DNA from: an uncultured Candidatus Binatia bacterium
GTDB lineage: Bacteria > Desulfobacterota > Binatia > Bin18
NCBI GenBank assembly: GCA_965242795.1
Contig: OZ251505.1
Coordinates: 431,133-495,132 of the forward strand
Direction of reading: 5' to 3'
Length of the DNA: 64,000 nt
Shown here: positions 1-10,213 of the stretch, in pieces
Position numbering within the stretch: position 1 is the stretch's first letter
Layout: every line of letters starts with the position of its first letter
Notes under the pieces: model-generated
Seen by the model: only the letters and a program-made list of their open reading frames with translations
The model's database searches: none
Told to the model about the DNA's origin: nothing
Translations under genes and position numbers: made by a program

Positions 1-635
<635 letters not shown>

Positions 636-886
636 AGGATCCTCTTAGTGTCTCATTCCCTATCGAAGGGTCGAAGAGTGGGAGAAAGACCGGGGCTGTG
701 AGTCCGCCGCATTGCCTCTACTCGGAAATCTCGAACCGTGACGCGCCTTGACGGACGTATCCCCGGATTTTTGTTGCACCTGCGGGGCGCATCTGATAGG
801 GAGCGGTGAGTCACGCTCCACCACGCACCAATTCGCCGTTTCCATCGACAAGGGGTCGCCCGATTCGGTCCGAAGGAGGTCGTTTC

Positions 887-1114
887 ATGCCGACAGCGAG
901 GAAGAAGGTCGCCAAGAAAACGGTCAAGAGAGCCGCGAAAAAAATGGTCAGAAAAGCCACCAAGAAAGTCGTGAAGAAGGCGGCCAAGAAAAGAGTCGCC
1001 AAGAAGGCCGTGAAAAAAGCGGCGAAAAAGCGCACCGTGAAAAAGGCCGTCAAGCGGGCTGCCAAAAAGGCCCCGGCCAAGAAGAGAGCTACCAAGCGGG
1101 CTGCCCGCCGCTAA
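887..1114 (+). CDS. Histone H1-like / lysine- and alanine-rich nucleoid-associated DNA-binding protein (KKAAKK-type repeats)
   Basis: ATG at 887 preceded by a GGAGG RBS. Product MPTARKKVAKKTVKRAAKKMVRKATKKVVKKAAKKRVAKKAVKKAAKKRTVKK... has the composition of bacterial H1/Hc1/AlgP-like tails. Confidence 0.7.
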   Translation: MPTARKKVAKKTVKRAAKKMVRKATKKVVKKAAKKRVAKKAVKKAAKKRTVKKAVKRAAKKAPAKKRATKRAARR

Positions 1115-1146
1115 CCTCCGAGCCGATACCTTCGGCGGCAGACCTC

Positions 1147-1178
1147 GAAAAAAGGCCCCTCCGGGCCTTTTTTCTTTT
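1147..1178 (+). terminator. Rho-independent terminator (AAAAAAGGCCCCTCCGGGCCTTTTTTCTTTT), potentially bidirectional
   Basis: GC hairpin GGCCC-ctcc-GGGCC followed by a T-run immediately after the histone-like gene. An A-run on the 5' side makes it symmetric. Confidence 0.65.
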
Positions 1179-1199
1179 CCGGCATTAAACCTAGGGGCC

Positions 1200-2054
1200 A
1201 TGCAACAACGGTTGGCGGCGCAGACCGCGCAGGTCACGCTACCCGAGCGTGAGAAGTTTACCGCCCCGCTTCTCCTGCTGCCGGGGTTGTGGACGGGAAG
1301 CTGGGCATGGGACGAGGCGGCCTGGGCGTTTTCGCAGCGCGGCTGGGCGTGCTGGACGCTCGACCCGCTCGTGTCCGGGACGCGCCGCGCGCCGGCGTGC
1401 GATACGTTGGACGAGCGCGCCGCGCGCATAGCATCCGCAGCCGCGGTGCTCGACCAGCCGCCGATCGTCATCGGCTACGACGCGGGCGCGCTGGCGGCAC
1501 TGCTGGCCGCAGAACGCATGCCGCCCGCCGCAAGGTTCCGGGCGCTGGTGTGCGTCTCTCCGCTCGTACCGCGTAGCTTACAGGGGGGACGCAGACACGC
1601 GCTGCCGCTCGTGCGGTTGGCGGCGTTGCCGGCGCTGCTCTGGAATCGTGCTCATCCCCCGCCGTCGCGCCGAATGGCGCGCGATTTCCTGTTCCACGCG
1701 CTGCCCGCGGCCCGACAGGGCGCGCTGGCGACCAGACTGCGCCCCGACACGGGCGGCGTCGTCCGCGACCTGACGCGCGGCAACGTTACCCTGCCCGCGG
1801 CGCCGCTTCGGTGTCCGGTATGCGTCGTGTGGGGCGAGGACGACCGCATGGTCGCGTCGGCCGCGGTGCGCCGGTTCGCCACGACACTGCAAGCCGACGA
1901 GCACCCCTACGCTTGCCAAGGACACTGGCTGTTATCCGGTCCTCCCGCTGCCACACTCGTGGGCGACATCCATCGTTGGCTGATCCGCACTCTGGGCGAT
2001 GCCCTGCTGCTTCCACCGGAAGAGGAACCGACTCCCGCGGAGCGCCGAGACTAG
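1200..2054 (+). CDS. Alpha/beta-hydrolase fold protein
   Basis: 284-aa ORF with LLLPGLWTGSWAWDE...IVIGYDAGALAALLAA resembling an alpha/beta hydrolase core. The start is weakly supported. Confidence 0.5.
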   Translation: MQQRLAAQTAQVTLPEREKFTAPLLLLPGLWTGSWAWDEAAWAFSQRGWACWTLDPLVSGTRRAPACDTLDERAARIASAAAVLDQPPIVIGYDAGALAALLAAERMPPAARFRALVCVSPLVPRSLQGGRRHALPLVRLAALPALLWNRAHPPPSRRMARDFLFHALPAARQGALATRLRPDTGGVVRDLTRGNVTLPAAPLRCPVCVVWGEDDRMVASAAVRRFATTLQADEHPYACQGHWLLSGPPAATLVGDIHRWLIRTLGDALLLPPEEEPTPAERRD

Positions 2055-2112
2055 CACGGCGTCCGTCTCTCGCTTCAATCTTCACTCCCTTCCCTCAAGG
2101 TGTTGCGACTCC

Positions 2113-4134
2113 ATGCTGCAACTCAGGAACGTCAGCCTGTCGTTCGGCGGGCAACAAGTGTTTCGCGGGCTGAATTGGCAGATCCGCAAGGGTGCCCGGA
2201 TCGGGCTGGTGGGGCCCAACGGCGCCGGCAAGACGACGCTGTTCCGCATCCTGATCGGACGGCAGGAACCCGACGCCGGACAAGTGCAGCGTGCCCGCGG
2301 GCTGCGTGTCGGCTATCTGCCCCAGGAAGGCATTGAGGTATCGGGACGAAACGTGTTCGCGGAGACACGCGCGGCGTTGCCGGAGTTACCTGCGTTGCAG
2401 GCCGAACTGGCGACGCTCGAGGCGGGGCTGCATGAGGAAGCGGACGGCCTGGAGGCACAAGCCGAACTGCTGGCGCGCTACGGCGAAGTGCAGCATCGCA
2501 TCGAGGCGTTGGACGGGTTTCGCGCCGACACCGCGGTTGCCACGGTGTTGAACGGCCTGGGCTTTCACCAAGCACAGTTCACGGCGCGCACCGACACGCT
2601 GAGCGGCGGTTGGCAGGCGCGCATCGCACTGGCCAAGCTGTTGCTCCAACGGCCCGACGTCCTACTGCTGGACGAGCCGACGAACCATCTCGACCTGGAT
2701 TCGCTGCTTTGGCTGGAGTCCTACCTGCGCGGCTTTCCGGGCAGTCTGGTCATCGTGTCGCACGACCGCGCGTTTCTGGACCGCATGGTGAACCGCGTCG
2801 CCGCGCTGCACGACGCAGGGCTGACCGAGTACGTCGGCGGCTACGCGGCGTTCGAGCGCGTGTTCGAAGAACGCTTGGAGGCGCACCGCAAGGCGTACGC
2901 GGCCCAACAAGACGAAATCGAGCGCATGACGCGCTTCATCAACACGTTCCGCTACAACGCCCGCAAGGCGTCGCAGGTGCAGAGCCGCGTCAAGCAACTC
3001 GAAAAGATGGATCGGCTGCCGCCGCCGCAGGCTGCGCCCAAGGGCGTCCGGTTCGGGTTTCCCGCGGCACCGCGCAGCGGGCGCCGCATGCTCGAACTCG
3101 ACGGCGCAATCAAATGCTACGGCGCGCTGCACGTCTTCGCGGGAATCGATCTGGTCGTCGAGCGCGGCGACCGCGTGGCCCTGGTCGGCGTCAACGGGGC
3201 TGGCAAGTCCACGTTGAGCCGCATTCTGGCCGGGGTGGAAGCGCCCAGCGCGGGCAGCCGCCGCGTCGGTCATCAGGTCGTGCTCGACTATTACGCCCAA
3301 CAACAGGCCGAGCGTTTGGATGGACGGAACACGGTCTATGACGAGGTGGCGCGCGAGGCCGCGACCGACGTCGTGCCCCAGTTGCGTACGCTGCTGGGGG
3401 CGTTTCTGTTTTCGGGCGATACGGTCGATAAACCCGTCCGCGTGTTGAGCGGCGGCGAGAAGAGCCGCTTGGCGCTCGCGAAAATGTTGCTGCAAGCGTC
3501 CAACCTGCTCATTCTGGACGAGCCGACCAACCATCTCGACATCCGCACCAAGGACGTCCTCAAGCAGGCGTTGTTGCAATACGCCGGCGCCTATCTGGTC
3601 GTCTCGCACGACCGCGACTTCTTGAGCGGGTTGGTAACCAAGGTGATGGAACTGCGCAACGGCGCGTGCCACGTGTATCCGGGGACGTTCGACGAATTTC
3701 TGGATCGCAAGGCGCGCGAAACCGCCCAAGCCGGTCGGACCGCGCAAGGCAACGGTTCCGTCCCCGGTCAAGCCGGGACTTCGACCGCTCCCGTGACAGA
3801 TGTCGAGGATCCCGCTGTGGAGGCGACGCTCGTCGCGATTCGGCACGCCGGCCGTCTCAAGAAAAAAGGCAAACGCGCCTACCAGCAACACAAGGCGGCA
3901 CGCGCCGCCCGGCAACAGCGGGCCAAGAGGGTCGCCGCTGCCGAACGGCGCATTACCGCACTGGAAGACGAAATTAAGGAACTGGAACGCACGCTGGCCA
4001 GTCAGGAAACCTTCAGCGATGCCGAGCGCGCCCGTGAGGCCGCGGCCCGGCACGAACGGCTCCGCCGGCAACTCGACGAGCAGTACGCGGTCTGGACGGA
4101 GTTGGCAGGCGAGACGACCGATGAATCCGCCTGA
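2113..4134 (+). CDS. ABC-F family ATPase (tandem ATP-binding cassettes, Uup/EttA/YheS-like) with a C-terminal coiled-coil tail
   Basis: Two Walker A motifs (GPNGAGKTT, GVNGAGKST), two LSGG signatures, two Walker B (LLLDEPTNHLD, LILDEPTNHLD) and no TM domain. The tail is rich in K/R/E/A. Confidence 0.9.
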   Translation: MLQLRNVSLSFGGQQVFRGLNWQIRKGARIGLVGPNGAGKTTLFRILIGRQEPDAGQVQRARGLRVGYLPQEGIEVSGRNVFAETRAALPELPALQAELATLEAGLHEEADGLEAQAELLARYGEVQHRIEALDGFRADTAVATVLNGLGFHQAQFTARTDTLSGGWQARIALAKLLLQRPDVLLLDEPTNHLDLDSLLWLESYLRGFPGSLVIVSHDRAFLDRMVNRVAALHDAGLTEYVGGYAAFERVFEERLEAHRKAYAAQQDEIERMTRFINTFRYNARKASQVQSRVKQLEKMDRLPPPQAAPKGVRFGFPAAPRSGRRMLELDGAIKCYGALHVFAGIDLVVERGDRVALVGVNGAGKSTLSRILAGVEAPSAGSRRVGHQVVLDYYAQQQAERLDGRNTVYDEVAREAATDVVPQLRTLLGAFLFSGDTVDKPVRVLSGGEKSRLALAKMLLQASNLLILDEPTNHLDIRTKDVLKQALLQYAGAYLVVSHDRDFLSGLVTKVMELRNGACHVYPGTFDEFLDRKARETAQAGRTAQGNGSVPGQAGTSTAPVTDVEDPAVEATLVAIRHAGRLKKKGKRAYQQHKAARAARQQRAKRVAAAERRITALEDEIKELERTLASQETFSDAERAREAAARHERLRRQLDEQYAVWTELAGETTDESA

Positions 4135-4173
4135 ATCGACGACCCGCCCGACCGGAAACGAGGAGACACCACC

Positions 4174-5157
4174 ATGCGTATCGGATTAGGACTGCCGCCC
4201 ACCGGACACCGGTTCGAAGTCTATAAGGACGTCGCGCAGCAGGCCGAGGCCGGCGGCTTCGAGAGCCTGTGGTGCGGCGAAGCGTGGGGCACCGAGACGA
4301 GTACCCTCGTCACCGCGTTTCTGGCGTGGACACGGCGGATGTCCGTGGGCACCGGGATCATCTCGCTGTATCTGCGCCCGCCTACGCTGACCGCAATGCA
4401 GGCGGCGAGCATGGACCTGGTCGCCCCGGGCCGGGCGCGGCTGGGCATCGGCGTGAGCACGCGGAACATCAACGCATTTCACGGCATCCCGTGGGACCAT
4501 CCGGTCGCCCGCACGCGCGAATACGTGGACGTGCTACGCCGTGTGCTGGCGGGCGAGCGGGTCACTCACGCCGGACGCTTCTACCGGCCGCAGGGCTTTC
4601 GGCTGAGCGCCACGTTGTCACAGAAAGTGCCGATCTACCTGGCCGCGGTGAACCCACGCATGTTGCGCCTAGCGGGTGAGATTGCCGACGGCGTGTTGCT
4701 CGCGTGGCTGCCGGCGCGCCAAGTGGCCGCGTCGGTCGCCGAAATCGCCAAAGGGGCGGCGCGCGCCGGGCGCCGCCTCGCGGACATCGATATCGGCTGT
4801 TACGTCCACACCTTGGTCAATCCCGACCGTGAACGCGCGCTGGCGCAACTCCGCCACGTCCTGGTCGGCTATTGCCAGGCCAACACCTACATTCAGGGAT
4901 TTCGGCGTTTCGGCTATGGCGACGTGCTGGACGAGGTCCTGGCCCGTTGGCAAGCCGGAGACCGGGCCGGTGCGGAGCAGGCGATTCCCGACCGCATGGT
5001 GGAGGAACTGTTCGTCTTCGGCGCGCCGGCGGACTGCCATGCCCAACTCGCCCGCTTCGTCGATGCCGGCGTCCAGCATCCGATCGTGGCCGCGCCGCCC
5101 ACCAGCCAACTTACGGCCGATGACCTGCACGCGATGGTCGCCGCGTTCGCGCAATAG
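4174..5157 (+). CDS. Luciferase-like monooxygenase (LLM) family, probable F420/flavin-dependent oxidoreductase
   Basis: GGAGA RBS; 327 aa with an LLM-like TIM-barrel pattern (GFESLWCGEAWG...PIYLAAVNPRMLRLAGEIADGVLL). Confidence 0.8.
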   Translation: MRIGLGLPPTGHRFEVYKDVAQQAEAGGFESLWCGEAWGTETSTLVTAFLAWTRRMSVGTGIISLYLRPPTLTAMQAASMDLVAPGRARLGIGVSTRNINAFHGIPWDHPVARTREYVDVLRRVLAGERVTHAGRFYRPQGFRLSATLSQKVPIYLAAVNPRMLRLAGEIADGVLLAWLPARQVAASVAEIAKGAARAGRRLADIDIGCYVHTLVNPDRERALAQLRHVLVGYCQANTYIQGFRRFGYGDVLDEVLARWQAGDRAGAEQAIPDRMVEELFVFGAPADCHAQLARFVDAGVQHPIVAAPPTSQLTADDLHAMVAAFAQ

Positions 5158-5162
5158 GCCGA

Positions 5163-6167
5163 TCAGCCGACCAGCATCTTCAACGCCCGCTCGTATGCGC
5201 GGGTGTCCGTGGCCTCGATATTGACCGGGTGGATGTCCACCCCGCACTCGGCCTGCGCCTCCAGGCGGTCGAGACACGCTTCGGCCGAACCCGCGCACAA
5301 GGTCTCGTCCACGAGTTCGTCGGTGACCACCAGCGCCGCGGCCCGAGAGCCGTCTTTCCAGGCCGCCTTGACCTTTTCGACCGTGTCGGCATGGCCGAGT
5401 CGGCTGAGTTGCGCCGCATAGTACGCGCCCATCCGACCGATGTAGAACGCCGCGGCCGCGGCGTGCGCGGCGCGGACTTTTGCGACGTCGGAGGTCACCG
5501 CGACACTCCCCGGCGCACGGACACTGACCGCGTTTGCAGGCCGTCCCGCGGCCATGCTCATGGCGCGCACCGCGTCGATTTCGGCCTGCAGCTTCTTCAT
5601 GGGCAGCCAGATCGGCAGCCAGCCGTCGGCCAGTTCCGCGGTCAGTTTCAGAGCCTTGGCATTCAGCGTCGCCAGATAGATCGGAATGCGGTCACGTACC
5701 GGCTGGAAACGCAACGTAAACCCGCGTTGGAGATTGAACAGCGAGCCCTCGTAGTGCAGCTTCTCGCCCTTCAGCAGCATCTGCATGATTTCGACGTACT
5801 CTTTGAGTCGGGTGCGCGGCGGCTCGAACGGCACGCCGTGAAAGTGCTCGATGACCTGCGCGCCGCTCGTGCCCAGGCCGATCAGCATCCGCCCTTCCGA
5901 CAACTCGTCCAGCGTCGCAAAATGCTGGGCCAGTGCGGCCGGAGTCCGCGAATAGACGTTCACGATGCCGGTGCCGAGGCGGATGCGGTCGGTCTCGGAG
6001 GCCAACAGCGACAGCAGCGTGAACGCGTCGCGGCCCCACCCCTCGGGAATCCAGACCGAATGGACGCCCGCGGCGTCCGCGACCTTCACGCGCTCGATGA
6101 TCGCGCGGTAGTCGGTCCGCCCCTGCCGATCGTTCCAATCAACGCCGATAGCAATATCGCGAGCCAT
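5163..6167 (-). CDS. Luciferase-like monooxygenase (LLM) family oxidoreductase, paralogous to the gene at 4174-5157 and convergent with it
   Basis: 334 aa with GVHSVWIPEGWG...PIYLATLNAKALKLTAELADGWL. The stop codons of the two LLM genes are only ~5 bp apart. Confidence 0.8.
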   Translation of the reverse strand: MARDIAIGVDWNDRQGRTDYRAIIERVKVADAAGVHSVWIPEGWGRDAFTLLSLLASETDRIRLGTGIVNVYSRTPAALAQHFATLDELSEGRMLIGLGTSGAQVIEHFHGVPFEPPRTRLKEYVEIMQMLLKGEKLHYEGSLFNLQRGFTLRFQPVRDRIPIYLATLNAKALKLTAELADGWLPIWLPMKKLQAEIDAVRAMSMAAGRPANAVSVRAPGSVAVTSDVAKVRAAHAAAAAFYIGRMGAYYAAQLSRLGHADTVEKVKAAWKDGSRAAALVVTDELVDETLCAGSAEACLDRLEAQAECGVDIHPVNIEATDTRAYERALKMLVG

Positions 6168-6217
6168 GTTTCCTCCAGACGGTTGTCTTCAAAGACGACT
6201 CCGAGAGGCGACATACT

Positions 6218-6826
6218 TTAGAAGGCTTGATTCTCCTGAAGCCATTCGCCGACGATGGTCGTGTAGTCGTTGAAGATGAGTTCGCTCGGTTGCAGGCGCA
6301 ATTCGGCGCAGAGCCCCGGCAGCGTTCTTCTGAAGTGCCGATACCGTTTCCAGATGTGGGTTCCGCCGGGCACGTCGGCCTTCGTCTGGGAAGAGCGCAG
6401 CCATTGGCTTACGACCTGGACCGCTGTCTGCGGTGTGTTGTCGTGCGCCTTGATGTCCTGGCCCGAAATGTCGGAAATGAACTTCTGGTAGCGGTACCGG
6501 TCCCGATCCACGACGAGGACGTTTCTCTCGCCATCGTGCCGAGCGAGACCCAGGAACAACCCGAGCTCGAAAGGCATGTTGAACCGGGGAAGCCGATGGG
6601 CCGTATCGAGCCCGGTTCTGGAAATGTCGTGGTATCCGAACCGGCAATCGTCCATGATCTGAACGATCGTGTCCACGCGGACTTTTGCCGTGTTGATGAT
6701 TTCGAGCGTGGAGCGAGCCACGAATCCGCAGTCGAAGATGGCGAAGACGACCGCGTCGAAGATGGGCTTGTACGACCTATCGAAAGGACAATTGATGAAA
6801 ACGTTGGCGTTGTCTTCAGCGACCAT
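6218..6826 (-). CDS. Hypothetical protein with weak TIR/DUF4062/nucleoside-2-deoxyribosyltransferase-like features
   Basis: 202 aa. The N-terminal VFINCPFD strand resembles VFIS(S/Y) of TIR/DUF4062, and there is a later FELG motif. GC of the gene (~58%) is lower than its flanks. Confidence 0.45.
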   Translation of the reverse strand: MVAEDNANVFINCPFDRSYKPIFDAVVFAIFDCGFVARSTLEIINTAKVRVDTIVQIMDDCRFGYHDISRTGLDTAHRLPRFNMPFELGLFLGLARHDGERNVLVVDRDRYRYQKFISDISGQDIKAHDNTPQTAVQVVSQWLRSSQTKADVPGGTHIWKRYRHFRRTLPGLCAELRLQPSELIFNDYTTIVGEWLQENQAF

Positions 6827-6837
6827 TCACACCTGCG

Positions 6838-7053
6838 TCAGCCGACTCGGTGCATGACCTTTCGCACGGCTTCTCGCACGGCCTCGCGCGAGACCGTCCC
6901 GATCTGGTGCGACGGCTTGACGATCCGCTGCGGGAGGACACGCCCCTCGCCGACCCGCGGCTCTGAACCGCCCTCCAAGGTACTGAGATCAGCGTATCTG
7001 ACCGGGCGATCCGTCTTTTCTCTCGTGCCTCTCATTCCTGAATAGTGTGCCAT
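6838..7053 (-). CDS. Small hypothetical ORF (71 aa) coupled directly upstream of the TIR-like gene
   Basis: Its stop lies 11 nt before the downstream ATG, with an AGGTG RBS embedded in the junction. There is no recognisable domain and it could be spurious. Confidence 0.25.
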   Translation of the reverse strand: MAHYSGMRGTREKTDRPVRYADLSTLEGGSEPRVGEGRVLPQRIVKPSHQIGTVSREAVREAVRKVMHRVG

Positions 7054-7237
7054 GCCTACTCTCCTTCATGGTTCCCCATCGTCTTCTGTCTCGGGGAACG
7101 ATGTGAGCTTGTTGCATCATTGCTTCTTCCGTTTTGTCAAGAGGCATCGTCACGAGTTACGCGATATGAAGAAGTTCGGGGCATCATGCAGACGACCTCC
7201 AGGAGAATCCGGGGACCACACAACGCCGCTCACACTG

Positions 7238-7840
7238 TCAAAGTTGAGCGTCTATGGCGTAATAGCCCATCTGGGTTGGCGCGGTGAAATACTCCGCCAG
7301 CCGGGAGAGTACCAGCGGAAAGAATTCGCCTTCTCGGTCCGCCGCTTGCATCTGCTCCAAGCCTGTCCAGAAGCTGATCCCGCGTCCGCTGCCTTGTGCA
7401 CGGTTAACCAGCCACAGCACGCCTTGGAAGCCGGGCTGCCGTTTCAGCAACGACAGATAGTCGGCTTCATACACTTCGCGGGCCGATTCGATGTGCCGGT
7501 CGGGGATCGGCAGCCTAATCACGCGGGCAACCCGTCCGCCGATATGGTGGCCTGCTCGGACCAATACTTCGTAACTTTCGGGCTGCGGCGGTTCGGCCAG
7601 AAAGGGGAGCAGCGTGGAGGCGACGGCCTTGCGGCTGGCGGGCTCGGAATCGGCCAGGGAGTCCGGTGAGTTCCACAGGCTGAGAAGGAATCCGGCCGAT
7701 GTGTCGGCCTGCGACATCAGCAGCGCCGCGCCGAACCCCGGCGCGTGTACGAGCGGCGGCAACACCGCCTGCCGGCAGACCGACACACAGTCGGACAGCA
7801 GCGACGGTTTGCACTGAAACGGAATGACTCGCGCGTGCAT
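7238..7840 (-). CDS. Hypothetical protein, possibly a tandem ABM (antibiotic-biosynthesis-monooxygenase-like) fold
   Basis: 200 aa. The C-terminal half GFQGVLWLVNRAQGSGRGISFWTGLEQMQAA is reminiscent of an ABM/Dabb domain. Confidence 0.4.
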   Translation of the reverse strand: MHARVIPFQCKPSLLSDCVSVCRQAVLPPLVHAPGFGAALLMSQADTSAGFLLSLWNSPDSLADSEPASRKAVASTLLPFLAEPPQPESYEVLVRAGHHIGGRVARVIRLPIPDRHIESAREVYEADYLSLLKRQPGFQGVLWLVNRAQGSGRGISFWTGLEQMQAADREGEFFPLVLSRLAEYFTAPTQMGYYAIDAQL

Positions 7841-8018
7841 GACGCCTCCCCTTCTCGACCCTCGCCGGATGGATACCTGATTCTCAGATGGAATGCAGCC
7901 GATACTGGTTCAGCGGCGTCGGCAGGTTTTCGTTTCAACTTGACGGACGCGGCGGAACGGTGTCACACAACGATCAGAACGGTCGGCAACGGTTCGGATA
8001 CCCCGAATGAGGTACGAA

Positions 8019-9389
8019 ATGAGCGATTCGCAGAAGACTCCGCCGCACGCACTGACCCTCGCCGACGCCGCAGACCGGATCCGAACCGGCCAGCTTTCGC
8101 CGGTCACGCTCGTAGAGTCGTGCCTGGAGCACCTCGGCCGGCTGGAACCCGATCTGTGCGCCTGGACGATGGTCGATCGCAAAGGCGCGTCCGATGCCGC
8201 CAGGCGTTGTGAGGCCGAAATCAGCGGCGGACGCTACCGTGGCCAGCTGCACGGCATCCCGCTCGGACTCAAGGACATCTTCTTCACCGCGGGGGTCAAG
8301 ACGAGTATGGGTTCGCCGATCTACGCGGACTACGTCCCGGAGTACGATGCGACCGCGGTCCGGCGCCTCAAAGAGGCCGGCGCCGTGATTCTCGGCAAAG
8401 CCCACACGACCGAGTTTGCCGCATTGGCGCCCTCGCCGACCCGCAATCCGTGGAATCTCGAACACACGCCCGGCGGTTCCAGTAGCGGCTCGGCCGCCGC
8501 GGTCGCCGCCCGGGCGTGTTTCGGGGCGCTCGGCTCGCAGACGTACGGCTCGACCGTGCGGCCCGCGGCCTATTGCGGCTGTGTCGGCCTCAAGCCGACG
8601 TTCGGGCGCATCAGCGTGCACGGCGTCTATCCGCTGGCCGGCAGCCTGGACCATGTCGGCATCTTCGCGCGCACGGTGACGGACATCGCCCTACTGCTGC
8701 GCGTCCTGGCTGGCGAGGATCCGAACGACCCGGTAAGCGCCGTGCAGCCCGTGCCCGACTACCTTCAAGCGCTGCAATCCGCGGAGCCGCCGCGTATCGG
8801 CGTGGTCCGCGAGTTCTTCTTCGAGCGCGCCGACGAAGAAACCAGGCAACATGTCGAAGCCGTCGTGCGGCAATGCGAGCAGGCCGGGGCACGGGTCAGC
8901 GAGGTGATACTTCCCTCGAGCTTCGCCGGGGCGCCCGAAGCCCACTTCAACATGATGTTCGTCGAGGCTGCCTTCAGCCACCGCGAAGTCTATGCCGAGC
9001 ATCGAGACCGCTACAGCCCGCAAATGCGCGACCTGATAGAAAAAGGCCGCGCCCTGTCCGGCGTCGCATACTTACAAGCCCAACGGCAGCAAGAGACGTT
9101 CCGCACCGAACTGGACGCGATCTGCCGCGGCGTGGACGTCCTGCTGACACCGGCGACCCCCGCGCCGGCGCCGCGAGGTTTCACGACCACCGGCGACCCG
9201 ACCTTCAACGGCCCGGCCACGTTCGCCGGCCTACCCAGCCTGTCTCTGCCCTCGGGACTGAGCCGCGGCGGCCTGCCGTTCGGCGTCCAACTCATGGCCG
9301 CGGCGTTTGCCGAACCCCGCCTGCTGGCCGCGGCCAAATGGTGCGAAGACGTGATCGGGTTTTCCGCAACTCCGCGGCTTGCGGAATAG
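8019..9389 (+). CDS. Amidase (amidase-signature family, GatA-like)
   Basis: GIPLGLKDIF...GGSSSGSAAAVAA...GSQTYGSTVRPAAYCG matches the AS signature with the Ser-cisSer-Lys triad context. An alternative ATG lies at 8007. Confidence 0.9.
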   Translation: MSDSQKTPPHALTLADAADRIRTGQLSPVTLVESCLEHLGRLEPDLCAWTMVDRKGASDAARRCEAEISGGRYRGQLHGIPLGLKDIFFTAGVKTSMGSPIYADYVPEYDATAVRRLKEAGAVILGKAHTTEFAALAPSPTRNPWNLEHTPGGSSSGSAAAVAARACFGALGSQTYGSTVRPAAYCGCVGLKPTFGRISVHGVYPLAGSLDHVGIFARTVTDIALLLRVLAGEDPNDPVSAVQPVPDYLQALQSAEPPRIGVVREFFFERADEETRQHVEAVVRQCEQAGARVSEVILPSSFAGAPEAHFNMMFVEAAFSHREVYAEHRDRYSPQMRDLIEKGRALSGVAYLQAQRQQETFRTELDAICRGVDVLLTPATPAPAPRGFTTTGDPTFNGPATFAGLPSLSLPSGLSRGGLPFGVQLMAAAFAEPRLLAAAKWCEDVIGFSATPRLAE

Positions 9390-9559
9390 AGCAGCGCGGG
9401 AAATGTCCGAGGAAACATCGCCGCACACGGACACGCGGAATTGCTCCGGCTCCGCGGAAACCATCTTCGACATTCCGTCTGTAGAAGCGGGGAATGACCC
9501 GCCCCGCCTTGCCAAGAAAGCGGCGGAACTGCTAAGGGAACGCCCTGCATTCCCCCCGT

Positions 9560-9634
<75 letters not shown>

Positions 9635-9716
9635 TTCTTCCCTCCTTCAGTCGGACCCGTTCGCCGGCACCCGACATCGCCGCCCACCCTTCCGGGAGTT
9701 ACGGAACAGCAGCACG

Positions 9717-10142
9717 ATGACGCGGGCCGGCACTCCATCGGGACCGCAGCGCTCGTTCGACCTGAAGTGGGTGCTGGCAAGCATGGGCGTCTTCATCGCC
9801 GCGGAGATTCTGTTCGGCGCCCTGCTCGCCGACGTCCTCGCGGGTCCGGTGACGTCGATGACGCTGCGCTTCATGCTGCAAGGCGTGCTCAACCTGTTGG
9901 GGTTTTTTGTCGGCGGGGTGCTGATCGGCCTGTTCTCCCCCGGCCTGCGTATTCGGGAGCCGGCGATGGGCGCCTTCTTGTGCGTCGTGCTGATGATGGT
10001 GCTCACGCTCTTCACGCCGTACAGTTTCATCCGTTTCAGTCTGACGAAGATGCTGATCGGCGGCGCGGTCGCGTTCTGGCTCGCCCTGGTCGGGGCGCGG
10101 TGCGGCGAGCGCCTCGCCGGCAACCGGGTGCACGGGGTCTAA
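9717..10142 (+). CDS. Small integral membrane protein (hypothetical, ~3-4 TM helices)
   Basis: Hydrophobic segments VLASMGVFIAAEILFGALLADVLAG, LLGFFVGGVLIGLF, AFLCVVLMMVLTLF and MLIGGAVAFWLALVGA. Confidence 0.5.
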   Translation: MTRAGTPSGPQRSFDLKWVLASMGVFIAAEILFGALLADVLAGPVTSMTLRFMLQGVLNLLGFFVGGVLIGLFSPGLRIREPAMGAFLCVVLMMVLTLFTPYSFIRFSLTKMLIGGAVAFWLALVGARCGERLAGNRVHGV

Positions 10143-10213
10143 CGTCGTTCCTTGGGCGGGCGGCGTCCCTTCGGACTCGAAGGAATCGGCGGACCCGGCC
10201 CACCCGCGCGAAC

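Noticed and set aside
900-1100. Possible CRISPR or tandem DNA repeat in the AAGAA/GCC-rich stretch
   Set aside because: Periodicity is at the codon level (K/A repeats) within a coding sequence. There are no spacer-repeat units and no cas genes, so this is not a CRISPR array.
653-1471. 272-aa minus-strand ORF overlapping the histone-like gene region
   Set aside because: Arg/Gly/Ser-rich low-complexity translation typical of antisense or off-frame ORFs in high-GC DNA. It overlaps a well-supported plus-strand gene with RBS and terminator.
2662-4071. 469-aa ORF antisense to the ABC-F gene
   Set aside because: It overlaps an ATPase with two complete cassette motif sets. Its composition is GC-frame-artefact-like.
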